63,973 bases of DNA, filler included, from Hausera hauseri (GCA_046269625.1; 9 parts of 9 records of this genome joined end to end with filler, not necessarily neighbours in it), one strand, 5' to 3'. Shown: positions 1 through 12,418, counted from the first letter of the whole stretch. Notes: a model not told the origin generated them from the letters alone. Numbers and translations are program-made.

Positions 1-519
1 AGATGAGGAAGGTGTGGAAAGAGAGGGACAGAGAGAAAGAGAAGACGGCGAAGAGGTACAAAGCGAAAGAGAGCGAGAAGATGGAGAAGGCAAAGGAAAG
101 TAGTTTGTGGGTGGTGTGCAAGAGGTTGGAATGATGAAAGGTGTAGATGGAGAGATTGGTGAAGTCAAAATGGTGTTTGATGGAGAAGGTATTGTAAGAG
201 GAGAAAGCAGGTTGTTGTGAGGGGATGAAGGAGTTGGTGGAAGGTTTAAAGGTGCAAAATCGGATGAGGCAGAAAAGGCTGAATTGTGAGAAAAAATTGA
301 AGTGGAAGTTTTGAAAGAAAACGTAGGGGAAAGTGAATTAAGACATTGAGCAGAGATGGAAGATGAATTGTTGGATTGCTGCGCGTCGTGTGAAGATGTT
401 GGCGGAGAAGTGGTTTCGATCGGAGATGCATCGTCGATGAAGAAAGCCGGTTTGCCATTACTTATGTGAATGGTTACTTCTTTGTTGTCTTTGAGAATGA
501 TGATGTTGTGGGAGTGTAA

Positions 520-3500
520 GCGAATTACTTTGTAAGGGCCGACATACTGAGGTTAAAAACTACACGGCGTCTGAATCTTTAGCCAAACGAACTTGGCAGT
601 ATAAATCGTAGGGTATGTAAGGTTTATTTGTCTGTAACAGTCTGCAAAATGAGTCTTTGCTGATCTCAACGAAGTGTCTCTGGACCGCTTGTATGGTTTC
701 GTCTGTAGGAGTATTGTCCAGCTCAGCCAGCTCGAATAATGATATGATAGGGGTACCAAATAATGCTTCTGCAGTTGAGCAGCCTGTAAAAGTAAATGGT
801 GTTTTCCGTCAGCCAAGCAGAACGTACGGAAGGAGTGTAGTCCAACTGCGATTGGACTCAGCGAAGATTTTGAGAGACGTTTTCATTGTTCGATGAAAGC
901 GTTCGAGTAGGCCATTTAATTGGGGATGATATGGTAACATGTAAATGTGGTTAATTCCCAATCGATTGACAAGAGCTTTAAACAGGTTGGATTCAAATTG
1001 TGGATTTTGGTCAGTAATGATGTGGCTAGGTAATCCAAACCTGCTGATCCAAGTGCGGATGAAAACGTCTGCGATGGTTTCTGTGTTAGTGCTTTGAAGC
1101 GGGACAGCCTCTGGCCATCGCTAGGAACGGTCCATCATTGTGAGGATGAACTGATGACCGTTGTCTAAGGATAATGGGCTTACAAGGTCAATGTAAACAG
1201 ATTAAAAACGAGACGTGCAGGGAAAATGATATAGCAGTGGCTTTAAGTGCTTAGTAACTTTGTATTTTTGACATGACACACACTGCCTAACCCATGCCTG
1301 CACGTTAGAGCGCATCGATGGCCATACTACTTGGCATTGTAAGAGGCGAAAAGTGGCCTTGGCACCGGGATGATGCAGCGAATGTACGCTGTGGAACGCT
1401 TCCTTCTGAAGCGACTCAGAAAGACTGATTTTGGGATTATTAGGTTTGGAGGTGTAAAAGGCCACACCGTCGATGGTTATGAAAGATTTAAAAGATTTAA
1501 GGATGCCAGGAGGTGGCTGGTTTTGCTGAGGTTTGGATTGAGGAAAAATTGGTGTAAAATAAATCGAGCTGACCGATTGGGGCAAAAAGTCAGCTACTAA
1601 ATTGTCGACTCCCTTTAGGTGCTTAATTACAAAATTAAATGGGGAAAAATCCGACATTTGCCTCTCCTGACGTGGAAAAGGCGATTTCATTGTGAAAATT
1701 TGGAGCAAGGGCTTGTGGTCAGTTTGTATGGTAAAAGTTTGTGCAGTTAGCAGATGTTCGAAATGTTTTACGGCAAGGACCATTGCAAGCAACACTCGTC
1801 AAAGGTGGAATATCTCTGCTCTTGTGCTATGAATTTTCAAGGAAAGAATTCCAATGGCTCATGGGATTCATTTTTAACTTGGTGGAGGACAGCACCTGCA
1901 GCTGTTGTGGATGCGTCCGTGGTTAAGAAGAGTTCTGCATGGGAGTCTGGATAGGCCAGGATTTCAACCGTTTTTAAATTGTCTTTGAGGTGATCGAAAG
2001 CATTAATTAGCTGGGCGGTTCATTGAATAGGTTGTTTCTTCTTTCCAGAGCTTAGTGGTGCAAATGGAGCGGTTAGAGTGGAAAAATGTGGAACGTACTT
2101 ATGAATAAAGTGTAAGGTTCCGAGGAAAGAAAACATCTTAGTTGATGTACGTGGCAGTTGTATGTCTTAGAGCTGTGTGATGCGGTCTGGCTGAGATGAA
2201 TGTCCAGAGGAGCTAATAACATGTCCTAGAAAATTGACCTTATGTTGAAGAAGGAGCACGTAGCGAAATTGATTTAAAAGTTATTTTGGTGCAAGCGTCG
2301 GAAGATCAAACGTTAATGTTCAGAGTGCTGCTTGGGGGAAGATGAGGCAATTAGAATGTCATCAATGTAGGGATAGGCAAAGTCTGAGCCTGATAGGACT
2401 GTGTCGATATGCCTTTGGAAGGTCTGGGAAGCGCTACAGAGTCCAAAAGGCATAAAAAGGTATTCGAAAAGGCCGAAGGGTTTAATGACAGCCGTTTTTG
2501 GAATGTCTGATGCAGCCACCGGAATTTGGTGGTATGCTTTGTGCAAATCAATGCAGTAAAAGATGGTCGCACCATGGAGCCTGTGAAGGATATCGTTGAT
2601 TAATGGTAGAGAGTAGGCATCCATTGTAGTTATTGTTTTAAGTTGACGGTAATTACCGCGTGGGCAAAAAGTGCCATATTTTTGGAACCACATGCAGTGG
2701 TGAAGACCAGGGGGATTTGGATCTTCTAATTATGCCTGATTTTTGAAGGTCGAAAAACTCAGCCTCCACTGCCTGTCTGCGTCGAGGCGATAGCGGGCGG
2801 ACATTTTGACGTATTGGTCTTTGATGTGCTGTCACTATGTGATGAAAGGTGGATTGAGGTGGTACGAATGACTTGTCCTTTTGCAAGAGACGCATGCAGG
2901 AGGACGAAATGTATTGCTGTAAATCAGAAGGCAACGATGACAAGTTATCAGATAGTGTCAATGAATCGTGACTGGATGCAGCTGAGGTATGAGTTGTAGA
3001 CAAGATGTTGCGACTGGGTGGTATTTGGTGCAGGATGTTCGTGTTGAAAATGGTGTTGGCAGCTGTACTATTAGTAATGGGTGCCACGCAGTTAACAATA
3101 TCGTATATGTCACCGTAATAAAAATTTCTATATAATAAATGATTATAAAAATAATTCAAATCGGTAGTAATTTTCTTTAGTAGTGACTTACTGGACGCGA
3201 TCGCCGGGTTGTCATCGAAACGCTGCTGATTTGATTAAGATTATTTTTGCTCTATAAGGAACATTGCAATCTACAAGTAAATTGTAGTGGGACAGAAAGT
3301 CTTAACCCAATATCGGTGTGTGTACATTAGCTATTGTAAATTTCCATGTGAATGTGTTTGTAAAGTATGGGAGAGTGAATGTCAATGTAGTAACTCCAAA
3401 AGTTTGTAAAGGTTCACCGGACGCAGTGAATAGTTGCTTTTTTAAAGTGTAATTGTGTTGTATGTGTTGTGTTTGTGGCAGTAGAAAGATTGCTGCGCCG

Positions 3501-3560
3501 GTGTCTATAAGAAAGTTTATGTTTTGTTTTTTGTTGGAATGACAAATGCTGCTTCCAACG
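520..3560 (-). pseudogene. pol: family A pol (PR-RT-RH-IN), disrupted
   Basis: ORF fragments 2653..3159, 2313..2693 and 1202..1795, plus a manually read integrase core at ~850-1200. Confidence 0.9.
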
Positions 3561-3644
3561 TGAAAACAGCAAAAGAAATGTGTCGGCTATGTTTTTGCAG
3601 GTTGTTGCCTTTGCTAGGACTTGCCGTGTGTCCTATCGGCGAAA

Positions 3645-4803
3645 TCAGTTTTTTGTAGCAGTTGGGTTTGGCCTACTGTTTTGTGTGAGCCTGTTAGTGT
3701 TGGTTTTATTGTGTGTGCTGTAGATACATCCAGGTAGGCATTTTTGTGCTTTTGTGCCAAATTTTGAGTGATATATGCAAACGATGTTGCTTCTGTTAAA
3801 ATCGGGGGGTAGGGGGTGGGGGTAAAATTTACAACCGATGCAGAATTTCTGAGCATTGTTACCAAATTTGCTATGATAGTAGCAAATAGACGACCGCGTG
3901 GGCAAAGGCGACCGTCTTTGACGTTGATTAAATACATTAGGGGAAGGAGGCCTAGAAAAACCCCGTGAAGGCAGCGTTAGTTCGTTTAATTTTTCGTTTA
4001 TGTTGTTAATTATTTTTTGCAGAATTTCATTTTTTGTGCTTAATTGCGCAATTTGTTGCTGCATTTTGTTGTTGTTGATCTGTTGTTAATGCCACAGAGA
4101 TAGTTGGTGCTGCATGTGAGTGCAGTACTTCATATGCTTTGTGTGCCAGTTCGGCTAGCTTGTTCAAAGCCGTGGAGTCTTCGATTACGGTAAGCAAAGC
4201 TCTTATTTTAAGGGGCCATGCATTTAGGAAATATCGACGAATAAGTTCTAAACTATGCTCAAATGTTACACCAAGGGTGTTGAGAGGAGACAAGGATGTG
4301 CGTAAGATTTCAGAAGGCTTCTGAAGGCCCATGGCGTTATCATTGAAGAACCTTTGAATGATTGAATTTATTGAAGGCTCAGTAAGCTTGACAACGTCAT
4401 TGTAAAGTTGAGTATATAAATCAGTGTGATGAAGAATATCGATGATATTGGTAATTTTAATTTTGATGTAAGGTAATAAATGGAAAATGAGGCTGTTGGC
4501 TTTGGATAAAGAGTCAACGACGTTTTGGGATTGGAGCCCAAATTGGTGCAATTTTAGCCAATTTTGAGTAGAGTTTTGGTTGTCGAGGAAGTATTTGGTG
4601 CAAAGTGAATGAGTAAGGAGGGTGTGTTGCATCGAGGTGTTTGAAGCGCTTTGTTTGGGTAAGTGAATGATGGGGATCTGTGGTTTGGTGAGTTTGTCCG
4701 TGGTATCAATTGTGGGTGATGAATCCATGCCACCACGGATACGGAAGTGAATATGAAAGCAGACACAAGTTGTAGAAGGTTGGAGGAGTCCAGCGAAAGG
4801 CAC
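3645..4803 (-). pseudogene. gag: family A gag, frameshifted, with two CHCC-type Cys/His motifs
   Basis: ORFs 4027..4803 and 3645..4064; motifs CYYHSKFGNNAQKFCIGC and CIYHSKFGTKAQKCLPGC. Confidence 0.85.
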
Positions 4804-5326
4804 TATGGATCCATTGTGTTACATAGAAGTCAGAGGAGTGAATAGAAGTGGAGATGATTTTATGGATGGCAGCTGTGTTTACATGTATTACTGTATGTGC
4901 TAATGTACCTGTTGTTTAGAAAAAAGAAAAGGAGATAAGGAGAGGTGGTGTGGCCGGGGGCGTGTCGTGGGGCGGCAACGAACGGTGCGATCTGACCCAA
5001 TGGCGCAGGGTGGGCGTCCAGGCCCTCAGCCTCGCCGCGGCGGGTCCCAAATTTGGGGGTAATCGAATTCTTACCTATTTTACTGCGAGGTGTTTTGTAG
5101 ATGACAAACGGTTGGATGACTGGTTTGGCAGCGATTTCGTAGGAATTGTATTGTGGAACTGTGGTGACACCGAAATGATTGTACAATGTCGGATAATCAA
5201 ATTTATTTGGTAGATTAGAGGGGCGTTTGGCTCTGATAAATTGAATTTAAAGAATATGAATTAAGAATGCTGTGAAAATTTGAAGTCAAATGTACTATGA
5301 TTAAATGCTTGCTGCAAAATGGTTAC

Positions 5327-5981
5327 CTGTTCTTGACGAGTTAACTTTGACTAGTTCTGAGTATCATTCTTTTTCTCTTGATTAGTACGTATTCTTTTCA
5401 AAGCGCTAATTGATTCATCAAATAGGTGAACCATATCATTCATTGCTCGATTGACAAATTTAACAAATTGCTCTAGGTTGCTGTCAACTTCGTTAAGTAA
5501 ATGAATTTGCATTCGGGTATCTTTGTGCCAGAGATCGAAAAATGATTGAAATACGAAATCGAATTGTGAATTTATCATAAAATTCACTTGATGCACCAGT
5601 TATTTTGACGTCGATATAGAATTGTATAAGGCGACTTGTAAGAAATCCTGAGGTTACCACATAATGATCTGTGAATAGTCGAAAAATATCATTTAAACAA
5701 GGATCATTATTAACACTGGGCAAAAAGGAAAATATGGATTTGACAAACTTCGAGACAAGATATGGAGATTTTATCAAATGGGCATGAGTTGCAATAAATG
5801 AAATAAAGCTTAAAAGTTCATGAAGTTTGTTTACATAAGTAAAAACGTGGAGCTTTTTCGAAATGATGAACAAAAGAAAATCAGCCATGTCATGTAACAG
5901 AAACTGAGGCAAACAACTAAAACTACTTTCAGGTTTCGTTCGACTCTGGATTTTTCCTCTATTTATGTTCGAATATTTCAA
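5327..5981 (-). pseudogene. UBE4B: ubiquitin conjugation factor E4 (Ufd2 core) fragment, frameshifted
   Basis: FYIDVKITGASSEFYDKFTIRFRISIIF and FVKFVNRAMNDMVHLFDESISALKRI match the UBE4B/Ufd2 core; ends at an apparent donor CAG|GTAACC (5326). Confidence 0.85.
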
Positions 5982-5984
5982 CGG

Positions 5985-7155
5985 CTGAGATTTTCCAGCC
6001 GAAATACGAACATGCTACATAGACTTGATTCTGATCTGTTGAAGGCATGATAACGTTACTGCTTGTTCCTGAACCTTTAGCCGAACTCGGCTGAAGATTT
6101 GAAGTCTTGCCGGTGAGTCTTTATTGAAACAAAAGTTGTAGTATTGATTTGCAACATCGAAATCAGCCCGATAAAACCAGTGTCCAACTGTCTAACATAT
6201 TTCAATATATTTCAACCCAACATAAGGACTTCTTCGTTTTAACAATAGGATTTTTTCTTAATAAATTTGCTTGTAAAACCGTGAGTGTTGCTGTCTGGAC
6301 GTCCATTGAATGATTCACATATGACTGCAATAAATCAATCAGTTCTTGTGATTTTAGACCGGTCAAAACAATGGCATCAAGATTACCCGAATCAAAATGG
6401 CTTACGGTAACAAAATTGAGGAATTCTACAAGGCTTTCATCATCAAAATACAATGTTACAATTGCCATTTTATCAGTGAGAGATATGTGTAAATCCTTCA
6501 GAAATTGGAGATCTTTCTTTTCTTTTGCAAGAAGAAAATTAAAAATCAATGTCAAATACGGTCGTGAGTTACCAATACGTTTCAACAATTCTTTACATCT
6601 CATAAACCAATGAGCAATGCAATTCTGTCCACCCTGAGTATTAAATCCAGCCGAACACAAGGCCAACATTTCGCTTTCGATTCCTTTGTCACTGGGCACG
6701 CGTTTGAGATACTGTAAGGCAACGTCAAAATTCAGTCACGAGAGCCATGGCTGCAGCTTTCTTTATCATCAATGCTTTCAAGTATGTACCGCCAATTTTC
6801 AATTGTTTTATTAAACGGCCAACCACAAGCGAAAAATATCTTATCCCGATAGTTGTGTGTATTTAGGAAATGGTAGAGGAACAAATAGATTATTCCATCT
6901 GACTTATTCCTCTTGACTGACAGGATCTTTCAATTGAAACGTTAATTTAACAGCAGGAGTACTTGTGACACTGAATATGTCACGTATGCAATTGATTATA
7001 CCTGTATACGGATTCATTTTTGACCGAAGACTATAATTGTCCGGATAATAACTGTTATTTGCAGCTTCTGCAATGCAACTCCAAAACGTTCTTAATTCAT
7101 TTTGTTCTTTGGGAAATAATGAATCGGCGTAGTCTTTTGTCATTGGCTGTTTTAA
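5985..7155 (-). pseudogene. MIOS: GATOR2 subunit MIOS/Sea4 C-terminal region fragment, frameshifted
   Basis: FACGWP, PYLTLIFNFL, LTGLKSQELIDLLQSYVNHSMDVQTA and QVYVACSYFGWKIS correspond to the MIOS motifs LCGW, PYLCVMFAFL, LTGL..GVDLMESYVDRTGDVQTA and QVFVSCNFCGKSIS. Confidence 0.8.
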
Positions 7156-7255
7156 NNNNNNNNNNNNNNNNNNNNNNNNNNNNNNNNNNNNNNNNNNNNT
7201 TAATTAATTAANNNNNNNNNNNNNNNNNNNNNNNNNNNNNNNNNNNNNNNNNNNN
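7156..7255. other. artificial contig linker
   Basis: 100 nt of Ns around TTAATTAATTAA (stops in all six frames). Confidence 0.97.
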
Positions 7256-7444
7256 CTTACCAGGATAGACAGAGGACCTTATGAAGTGATTAAAACTACA
7301 TCAACCACGGTTTATATAAATAAAAACGGCAAAGAGGAAGTCATATCAATTCAAAGAGTAGTCAAAACGGAAATAAGACCAAACAAACGCTATAATTTCT
7401 GTTAGAACAAAGCAAAATTAGACTATACAAACAAAGAAAAGTAA

Positions 7445-8791
7445 ATGTCGTCGATAGTGACTAGACCAATATCGTATGGACAAATAGTCCTCGCCTTATC
7501 GTTAATTGCTTTGCATATACCAAAGACAAGGTCGATAACCCAAACCGAAAAACTACAATATGGGGCAAGACGGAAAGATATCCAAAATTTACAATCGATT
7601 AGAGTGTACGACATGGACTGGAGCAAACCATGTGCGTGGTTCGAAGCAAGCGAACTTATTCAAAGCCACGTGAAATTTCAAATAATATTTTTAACTGGAT
7701 CCACAATGAGAACACGCAATTTTCCCTATGGTATTCATAAAAAATGTTGCGATTTGGACTTTGGACGAACCTACCGATACAGATTTCAGATGTTCTATCA
7801 TAATCAGCCCTGAGCCCAAGCCTATAGAATCACAGAATTCTCAATAAGTATGCCTTAGCGAAATGACACAAATCGAGACAAAACAGACGAGATAATCCGA
7901 AATACTGACCCATTTAAAAGACTCTTAGACTATAACATTATTGGGATCACCAAGGACTTAGAGCAACGATGTATTCGAATTAAAACCAAGGTGGAACTGC
8001 CCAGAGACAGACAAATTTCTGTCCGATTTATAACACTGGATGCCTCGATTCCCACTCCACAATATTGCTATCTGGCCCGACGACGACCTACGGTGTGCTG
8101 TGAACTGCAACTAGGACAAGAGTATCAGTTACAACTCGTTTTGTACAATACGTACCCCGGAGAACGAAGCACTTATTTAAGGGGATACCGTCCAAAAATC
8201 GGAATATAGAAGCTTCCGTTTACAACCACTACGAGAAAACCGTCTACTGTTCCAAGCACAACTCTCACTACTGCGATTGTCACTTCGGATAAAATACTCG
8301 GAAAAGAACTAGGGAGTATAAAGGTTAAGATTTCGGGAAAAAGTAATAGAATTCTAATTTACGCTGAAGAAACGTTAAATCAAGACGTCGAACTTGAATG
8401 TCGCACCCTGCAAACAAATCAAGTTATAATCGTACGAAAGAATAGTCAGGAAACGGAATGCAAATCGTTAAGACCGCAGCATAATTATATAGTCCGATTC
8501 ACCGCAAAGGGTAGGAAATCTAGGACTTTTACAGTACGAACTCCGGGCAACAAAATTGCGGTAATGCAGCATAAAGATCTTAGTACTCAAAATGCGTTTA
8601 CCACGAAAAGTTCTATCGAGGAAAACAAATTGCCGATAATAGCCATATTTAGTTCGTCAATTTTCGTTCTTATCATATTAACGACGACGATTTTTCTAGT
8701 TTCCAAATATTGTAATAAACGCACTAAAAATCGAGAGGGAGATAAGCGAGTAAAATGGCATCAAGACGGATTTTATGATAGCATAACCTGA
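7445..8791 (+). pseudogene. type I membrane protein with three FN3-like domains (B1), in-frame stops
   Basis: Signal-like YGQIVLALSLIALHI; repeats CCDLDFGRTY, CCELQLGQEY and CKSLRPQHNYIVRF; Thr-rich stalk; TM IIAIFSSSIFVLIILTTTIFLV; tail FYDSIT*. Confidence 0.75.
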
Positions 8792-8896
8792 CAATTATAG
8801 ATCAGGTTATCCTATAATCAGAAATAGAAAATGTTTTGCTTCAAAACAATGATCTGTCTTAGGATTAATCTTTATTTTTATTTTAGCAGAGTAAGT

Positions 8897-9980
8897 ATGG
8901 CCGAAAGGGTGAAGAACTCAGCACACAGTCTCAATAACGATATTGACGATTTCCTGTAGCAACACGTAACAGTTCTCAAACCTACAACCAAAAGCTTATA
9001 TCGCCAGATTGGAGAAAATCTAAAAAATAAAACTTATATAGAAATCAATCAGGAAAGCAAGATACCGAATGGATTGAAATGGGGCACAGAGAAAAATCAA
9101 TTAATCCGATTATATGCAGTGCGAAGCCCAAAAGATGCACGAGCATACCTATTAAGAGACATGATTCCATACGAGCCAACGCATCAGCAATTGTACATAC
9201 ATGTCGTTGATGGAGAAATACAATACGGGATCGTAGGACAATCCTGGAGTACTCAAAGTGGGCAACAATGGAAATTTAGTACATATGAGTTATGTTGCTA
9301 TAGCTTCATGAATTACGTTTTGGAGTTCAGAATCGCATAACTTCCAACCAAGCTTATGTTTGAATTAACCTTAAGAACAGAAGTGCTGAGGCAACTACCA
9401 TCTATATTGTGTATACAGAAGCCCTCCGTGGAGGAGATAGAACGAAATGGAGAATCATTCAGGCTAGTTTTAGACGGCAGGAATACTCGGATCCTAGCCG
9501 TAAACTATGGGGAAAAGGACGATGGATGGCATACTCCAATTGAAGTGTCTATCCGAAGTATAGATGGAGAAGAGATTATAAAAAAATAATCTCACCTAGA
9601 ACTAAAGTAAAAGATACGTTTCCCGATGTCACAGAATCACAAGGTTACAACTTGAAAAGGGCAAAAACTTCCTAGAAGTCCAAGAAGATATAAGCCATTG
9701 CTTGTATGGATTCATTGTGACCGGATTTAGAGTACACGAGATGTTAGAAAAACTAGGAATACGACAGGAGTATATAGTCGGAATTCGTGAATTGAGTCGT
9801 AACCCAACAGTAGTAAGCCGAACAGAAAGTACACTTCGGCATCGAGCGAATCACAGTCCAAGATAATGCTAGCGGCCATGAATGGTGAACAATCTAGATT
9901 TCCTAAATTAATGTCAGCAAGTCATCGAACGAGACTCATAAGAGACATTTACATCTCATTCTGATGGGAACACGACTGGA
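8897..9980 (+). pseudogene. accessory ORF: unknown N-terminal domain plus REX4/ISG20-like (DEDDh fold) exonuclease-like domain (B1)
   Basis: ORFs 9074..9340 and 9356..9589, continued manually: IEVSIRSIDGEEIIKK.ISPRTKVKD..EVQEDISHCLYGFIVTGFRV..GIRE..MSASHRTRLIRDIY. Confidence 0.65.
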
Positions 9981-10803
9981 AGCCCAGAGACCTATACAAA
10001 ACGTGATCTTTGACAGCAACCCAAAGATTTTATTGCAAAAATTCCAAAAAGGGTTTAACGAATACCCGATACATAGACAAATTAAACCTCAAGAACATAG
10101 TAGCTTCCAAATAACCATTCGGAATATTCCAGTCCAATTGCTCAAACAGGAAGGATCGAAGGGGAACAACCAGCAAGGCTTATCCACCAGCCATCGCCAA
10201 ACTGATCACGGACCGACCTCCCAAAAAGCAACGGAAAACTGAAACTAAACACTGGAGAACCTCATAGAGGACAAAAAACAAAATCCTCCTTCTTCGAATA
10301 TATCATTAGGAAGAAGAGTAAGACCAGCAAAAACTACCCCGAAGAAGTGAGACAGTCTAATAGCAGTCTTATACCAAGTATTAAAGAAAACGCGACAAAA
10401 CCCAAGGATAAACCAAAAAGGCGGAAAGCCGAAAATTCCAACGAACAAAAAAGGAGAATGTGAACTCCCGAGGATGAAAATAATTGATAAGAACCAGCCC
10501 CTATTGTAGTGACCGAATTCGGTCAAGTTAAAGAATACACCAGAGTGCTCGTTATGGCCGAATATTACAGCAAGGGCTAGATAAAGGAAGCCATAATCTA
10601 TGTATCCACTGTCCCTAGAAGAATTGTAAGCGGAAACGGATACGCCCGAGAAGACATAACCATTGGTAAATACCTAGCCCCGATATTTCAATCAAAGAAC
10701 GGAACAAACCATCTGACTATCCCAATGGAAACTCAAGTTTGAGTGCAACTTAAGAGATATCACAAGAGAACGGGAATACCCGATTTGGATAAACAAGAAA
10801 TCG

Positions 10804-11154
10804 TTGAATGGACGTTGGTCACCGTGTCAGATGACCCTAAGTAAAGCTCCAGACCCCAAACAAAAACGGCTATATGGATGCTTATACCAAGACAAAAAAG
10901 GACTAGTATTCGAGCGAATTGAAGTTGACGAAAATCTCGTGGATATGGACGGAGGCGAGAAAGAAGAACGCCCCGTTTGCGACGCGAACCTATATCAAGG
11001 ACTTGTGGTGTTAGATAATAAGGATTGCACCCATAAATACTGTCGGTATTGCTTGGAAACGTGGACCCTGAGAAATGGGAAGACGACCTGCCCAGTATGT
11101 AGGGCTGAAACTACGAGGTTGCGTTACTTCTCAAATGGAGAAAGTAAAAAATAG
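10804..11154 (+). CDS. RING-HC finger protein fragment
   Basis: RPVC-x15-CTHKYCRYC-x12-CPVCR; first ligand is Arg (CGC, one change from TGC). Confidence 0.8.
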   Translation: MNGRWSPCQMTLSKAPDPKQKRLYGCLYQDKKGLVFERIEVDENLVDMDGGEKEERPVCDANLYQGLVVLDNKDCTHKYCRYCLETWTLRNGKTTCPVCRAETTRLRYFSNGESKK

Positions 11155-11320
11155 TGGATATTTCCCAAAAAAGCTACTACATCGTACCACTTCGATTTGA
11201 GATCTCCACACGACGAAACAGATTCGGAAGCGGACTTGCGCGGACGAATGAACCGATTACGCGGCACCTCTTATGACGCAATGGGCACATCCGAGAGTAC
11301 CGTTTAGGGAGGATTAATCT

Positions 11321-11981
11321 TGTAAAAAGATCGAAAATCATAAATTTTATATATGTATATCAAACTGAAAATTAAATTGGCTAACCAGAATTAGTCAGTA
11401 AAATCGATTATATCCACAACTGTTAACTGGAAAATTCTCAGAATATTCCGATGAAATTAGTAAATGCATGCAGACAGCATTAGTTATTGGTTGGAATTAC
11501 TAGAAAAGTGGCTGAAAAATAATTACACAGAAATTGGACATCACCAACGGCTATATAAATTCGAATCAGTTAGAAGTCAAAGAAGAAAAATTGACGAGGA
11601 AAAAATTCAGTAACCTGTATTGACTAAAAAAGGACTTATATTCAGAAGTGATTCGATTCTACTGTATTGGCTTGTTATTCGGATTATGGGTATACTGTTT
11701 TTATTTGGTTAATAAATTGTATTTTCTAACACTCCTTATAGTTTTCCGTCGCTCCTTACGAGGAACTTGAACTACATTAAGGTTAAACTAAAATTAGAAT
11801 ATATAGTTAGGACTAGATTTTTGTTAACCGCAAGAAGTCGCACGCAGTACCAGTATTTAAAATTTAGTGCAATCATTCTAACGAGAACGTTAGAACGTAC
11901 CTGATCTTATTAATTTATTAATCGAAGTATTTACATTGTTATAGTTGGGTGTTTGATAGGACTCACCGTCAACTACTAACA
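11321..11981 (+). repeat. family B LTR (boundaries inferred)
   Basis: Purine tract AGGGAGGA at 11306-11313; TGT start; TATATAAA ~11552; AATAAA 11711; ends CA two nt before TGG. Confidence 0.6.
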
Positions 11982-11983
11982 AT

Positions 11984-12000
11984 TGGCTACCCTAGCAGGA
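11984..12000 (+). promoter_or_regulatory. primer binding site candidate
   Basis: TGGCTACCCTAGCAGGA; its reverse complement TCCTGC-TAGGGTA-G-CCA has tRNA 3'-end geometry (T-stem strand, 7-nt acceptor strand, G discriminator, CCA). Confidence 0.6.
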
Positions 12001-12418
12001 CAGTTTGCACTTGCTAGACTTGACTCTTAGTGAAAAATAACTACATTGGCGATCAGCGCTACCACATCAAATAATTGATTCTAGAATTGCTGTGAACTTA
12101 AAAATTCGGGATTTATAAGAAAACCTTCAGCAATTTAACGACATACTATTGATATAAGAACGAATATTGATAGATATAAGTCAGACGATAACCTAAACGT
12201 AATTCTAAACTGTAAGGAGAATATTAATCTATGCGAAACGCGCCACAAAGTTTACAGACAATATAAAACGTTGAGTAGGCGTACCTTATGAGACTAATTT
12301 AGTTAGCATTGAACTTATTGATTTAAACGCTGCTGGACAGCCTATAGAATTTAAAATTCCTGATAAGAGAATTAGAATCCGTAAGTTAACTAAGCAAAAT
12401 TTAATAAACGTTGAAAAC

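Larger units (their letters stand above)
1..5160 (-). mobile_element. Ty3/Gypsy LTR retrotransposon, family A copy A1 (CsRn1/Kabuki-like), degenerate
   Basis: Minus-strand order: gag (KPSEILR, CYYHSKFG), protease (FLIDTGA ~3500), RT (SPWSSPLH, IDLHKAYHQIPV, YIDDILI), RNase H (TTDAS, TDHKPL), integrase (HSLHHPG..CVSC, YHPQLNGLLERFHRTMK). Many stops and frameshifts. Confidence 0.93.

Noticed and set aside
5160-5320. 5' LTR of A1 (minus strand ends GTCACCACA with AATAAA upstream)
   Set aside because: No TGG primer site follows and there is no clear match to the other family A LTR candidates; left uncalled.
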